Assembly: GCA_030611085.1 (NCBI GenBank)
Contig: JAUWQI010000003.1
Coordinates: 4,056-68,055 of the forward strand
Length of the DNA: 64,000 nucleotides
Reading direction: 5' to 3'
DNA from: Dehalococcoidia bacterium
GTDB lineage: Bacteria > Chloroflexota > Dehalococcoidia > GIF9 > AB-539-J10
A program made the translations under genes and the position numbers. The notes under the pieces are model-generated. The model was not told the DNA's origin and made no database searches. It saw only the letters and a list, made by a program, of their open reading frames with translations. Below, piece by piece: positions 61,793 through 64,000 of this stretch (its first letter is position 1; each line of letters begins with the position of its first letter).

Positions 61793-61985
61793 ATGTCATT
61801 GTGGTGAGCCAAAGCCTTGAGCTCTCCGCTTTTTGTCATTCTGAGGGAGCAAAGCGACCGAAGAATCTCGCTCAGGATGAACTCGGCGAAGGGAGAGCGT
61901 GGCAAGCTCAGTCCTGGATGGCTATTTAGAAATGTAGTTGCCCAATTTATTGGGCAATAGAAGCCTGATAAATCAAGCAACTATG
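61793..61985. repeat. family A cluster followed by family C palindromes
   Basis: Contains tttgtcattctgagggagcaaagcgaccgaagaatctcgctcagg, aatgtagttgcccaatttattgggcaa and gcctgataaatcaagcaactat. Confidence 0.8.
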
Positions 61986-62083
61986 AAATGCCTAAGATTG
62001 AGCGAGAGAGCAGAATTAAGCAGCCTCTAGTTAGGGAGAAGATAAAAGAATTTCGTAAATCATGGAGAAGGGGAGGTAAAAGG

Positions 62084-63130
62084 ATGGAAGAGGTGACACC
62101 TCGTCTTACTGAATCCGTTCGCGGGTCGGGCTGAGCATCTAAGCTAGGTCCGGGCGACCTTGAGAAAGCTTTATGTGGGCTTAGTTTGCCCACCAATCCT
62201 AACTTGCTCGTGGGCTTGGAGAACATGGATGATGCTGGAGTGTATAAGCTGACGGAAGATTTGGCTCTCATCCAGTCCATTGATTACTTCACTCCAATTG
62301 TTGACGACCCTTACATGTTTGGGCAGATTGCTGTTGCCAATGCCTTGAGCGATGTCTATGCTATGGGTGGCAAGCCACTTACTGCTATGAATGTAGTTTG
62401 CTTTCCCAGTGAAACCATGGACATAGCCATATTAGGAGAGATTCTCAAGGGTGGATTGGATAAGATGCAGGAGGCAGAAGTAGCCCTGGTGGGAGGGCAT
62501 AGCGTAATTGACACTGAGCTAAAATACGGACTTTCTGTCACTGGCATAGTTCATCCCCAGAAAATCGTGACTAATAGCAGTGCTAAGGTGGGTGATAGAC
62601 TAATACTTACTAAACCCCTGGGCACAGGCATAATAAACACCGCGATAAAAGGAGGGTTAGCGAGCAAAGAGACGATAACCAAGGTTACTGCTTATATGGC
62701 TCGCCTGAATAGAGAAGCCGCAGAGTTGATGCAAGCTGCGGGTGCTCATGCCTGCACCGATATAACTGGTTTTGGCCTTTTGGGGCATGCCTGTGAGATG
62801 ACTCAGGCTAGCGAGGTAGGCATGGAGATTCATTCTGCTGCAGTCCCTGTTATTCCTGAAACAATAGAGTTTGCCCGGATGGGGCTTGTTCCCGCAGGGA
62901 CATATCGCAACAAAGAATTCCGCTCCAATATGGTGGAGTTCGCTGCTAAGATACCCGACTTTATGCGAGACATTCTCTTTGATGCTCAAACCTCGGGAGG
63001 ATTATTGATTTCTATATCCTCTGAAGCAGCGGATAAACTACTTAACGAGCTACATAAAATGGGTGATAAGGAAGCAGCTATCATTGGAACAATCGTGGAC
63101 AAACCTGAGGGAAGGATTATAATAAGCTAA
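62084..63130 (+). CDS. selD: selenide, water dikinase (selenophosphate synthetase), selenocysteine-containing
   Basis: ATG 62084 behind GGGGAGG. The in-frame TGA at 62132-62134 gives VRGSG-U-ASKLGPGDLEKAL, the Sec/Cys position of the SelD glycine-rich N-terminal loop. The rest is the track ORF 62186-63130. Confidence 0.85.
62141..62171 (+). promoter_or_regulatory. candidate bacterial SECIS hairpin for the selD UGA
   Basis: aagc u agguc CGGGC gaccu ugagaaa gcuu: lower 4-bp stem, upper 5-bp stem and a G-rich apical loop, starting 7 nt after the UGA. Folded by eye only. Confidence 0.45.
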
Positions 63131-63143
63131 CATCTCATAGCGG

Positions 63144-63174
63144 TTGTCATTGTGAGCGGAAGCGAAGCAATCTC
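63144..63174. repeat. family A half-unit variant
   Basis: Sequence is ttgtcattgtgagcggaagcgaagcaatctc. Confidence 0.7.
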
Positions 63175-63214
63175 AAAGTAGGGGAGGAGCTTGTCCCCTC
63201 CCTAAGGAGTTAGT

Positions 63215-64000
63215 ATGTTCGTTCTTGGTACTGCCGGCCATGTTGACCACGGGAAATCCGTCCTGGTTCATGCCCTCACAGGCATCGACCCCGACCGCTT
63301 GCAAGAAGAAAAAGAGCGCGGTATGACCCTTGACCTCGGCTTCGCCTGGCTTAAACTGCCCAGTGAGAGAGAGATTAGCATCGTTGATGTTCCCGGACAC
63401 GAAAAGTTTGTCAAGAATATGTTAGCCGGGGTAGGTGGCATTGACCTGGCACTGCTGGTTATTGCTGCTGATGAAGGTGTTATGCCTCAAACCAGAGAGC
63501 ATCTGGCTATCCTCGACCTCCTTGGAGTACGAAGGGGCATTATAGCAATCACTAAAAAGGACCTGGTGGATGAAGAATTGTTGGAGCTGGTATCTCTGGA
63601 GGCGAGAGAGGAAGTAAAGGAGACCACGCTGGCTGAAGCTCCTATCTTGGCTGTCTCTGCAATTACTGGGGAGGGATTACCCGAGTTGGTTTCTGCCATT
63701 GACCATTTATTGGAGCAGACACCAGCCAAGAGAGATGTTGGCAGGCCAAGGCTTCCCATTGACCGTGCCTTTACTATGAAAGGCTTTGGCACTGTAGTTA
63801 CGGGAACGCTAATCGATGGTCAACTTTCCACGGGGCAAGAGATGGAAGTTTTGCCTCCCGCTTTGAGAACTCGCATTAGAGGTTTACAAACACATAAGCG
63901 AAAGATTGATACTGCTTCACCTGGAACTCGGGTAGCAGCCAATCTCGCTGCTGTCACCACCGACGAACTGGAGAGGGGCTATGTAGTAACCAATCCAGGT
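63215..64000 (+). CDS. selB: selenocysteine-specific translation elongation factor SelB (3' end outside window)
   Basis: Not in the track because no stop is reached. [37 protein letters not shown] and the domain II motif [10 protein letters not shown]. Confidence 0.85.
   Translation, partial: MFVLGTAGHVDHGKSVLVHALTGIDPDRLQEEKERGMTLDLGFAWLKLPSEREISIVDVPGHEKFVKNMLAGVGGIDLALLVIAADEGVMPQTREHLAILDLLGVRRGIIAITKKDLVDEELLELVSLEAREEVKETTLAEAPILAVSAITGEGLPELVSAIDHLLEQTPAKRDVGRPRLPIDRAFTMKGFGTVVTGTLIDGQLSTGQEMEVLPPALRTRIRGLQTHKRKIDTASPGTRVAANLAAVTTDELERGYVVTNPG

Overview
Chromosomal window from an anaerobic bacterium. The gene content (remA-gmk, minimal SufBC, Ech-type hydrogenase, Tat formate dehydrogenase) and the short palindromic repeats suggest a Chloroflexota/Dehalococcoidia-like genome, but that is only an impression. 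Content from left to right: a symporter 3' end, enoyl-CoA hydratase, tyrA-aroA, remA-gmk and a COG1579 zinc-ribbon gene. Next comes an accessory cluster of secreted and membrane proteins (6.5-11.1 kb), then rnpB, mixed housekeeping and hypothetical genes, a frameshifted vapBC pair, and nucleoside salvage genes (PfkB kinase plus nucleoside hydrolase). These are followed by a beta-propeller gene with an in-frame amber stop, nth-like, NUDIX, GNAT and nadK. trxA-ccdA-tlpA converges on a 12-gene ArsR-headed thiol-redox/permease operon (27.7-33.6 kb) that has four tandem thioredoxin-fold paralogs. After that come decayed cbiM/cbiO remnants and fdhD-moaE. A 4.2-kb five-gene insertion (37.3-41.5 kb) is bracketed by a duplicated sufBD-3'/moaE-5' junction; it encodes a proteasome-beta-like Thr protease, a NucS-like PD-(D/E)xK nuclease fusion, a transglutaminase-like protein and two unknowns, and is the best candidate for an undescribed system. 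The right part holds an Rrf2-Nfu-SufCB Fe-S cluster, echABCDEF directly downstream of fdnGHI-fdhE (Cys-type FDH), and a selenium locus: selA, LysR, yedE, a DUF3343 fusion, a YjeF_C-like protein, a TusA-like protein, Sec-containing selD and selB. At least four families of short interspersed palindromic/MITE-like repeats fill the intergenic spaces and often supply gene termini or false ORF extensions. Several genes are disrupted (T8 and A5 homopolymer frameshifts, one TAG, truncated cbi genes), which means either gene decay or assembly error. No CRISPR array, rRNA, tRNA or recognisable transposase/integrase was found by eye.
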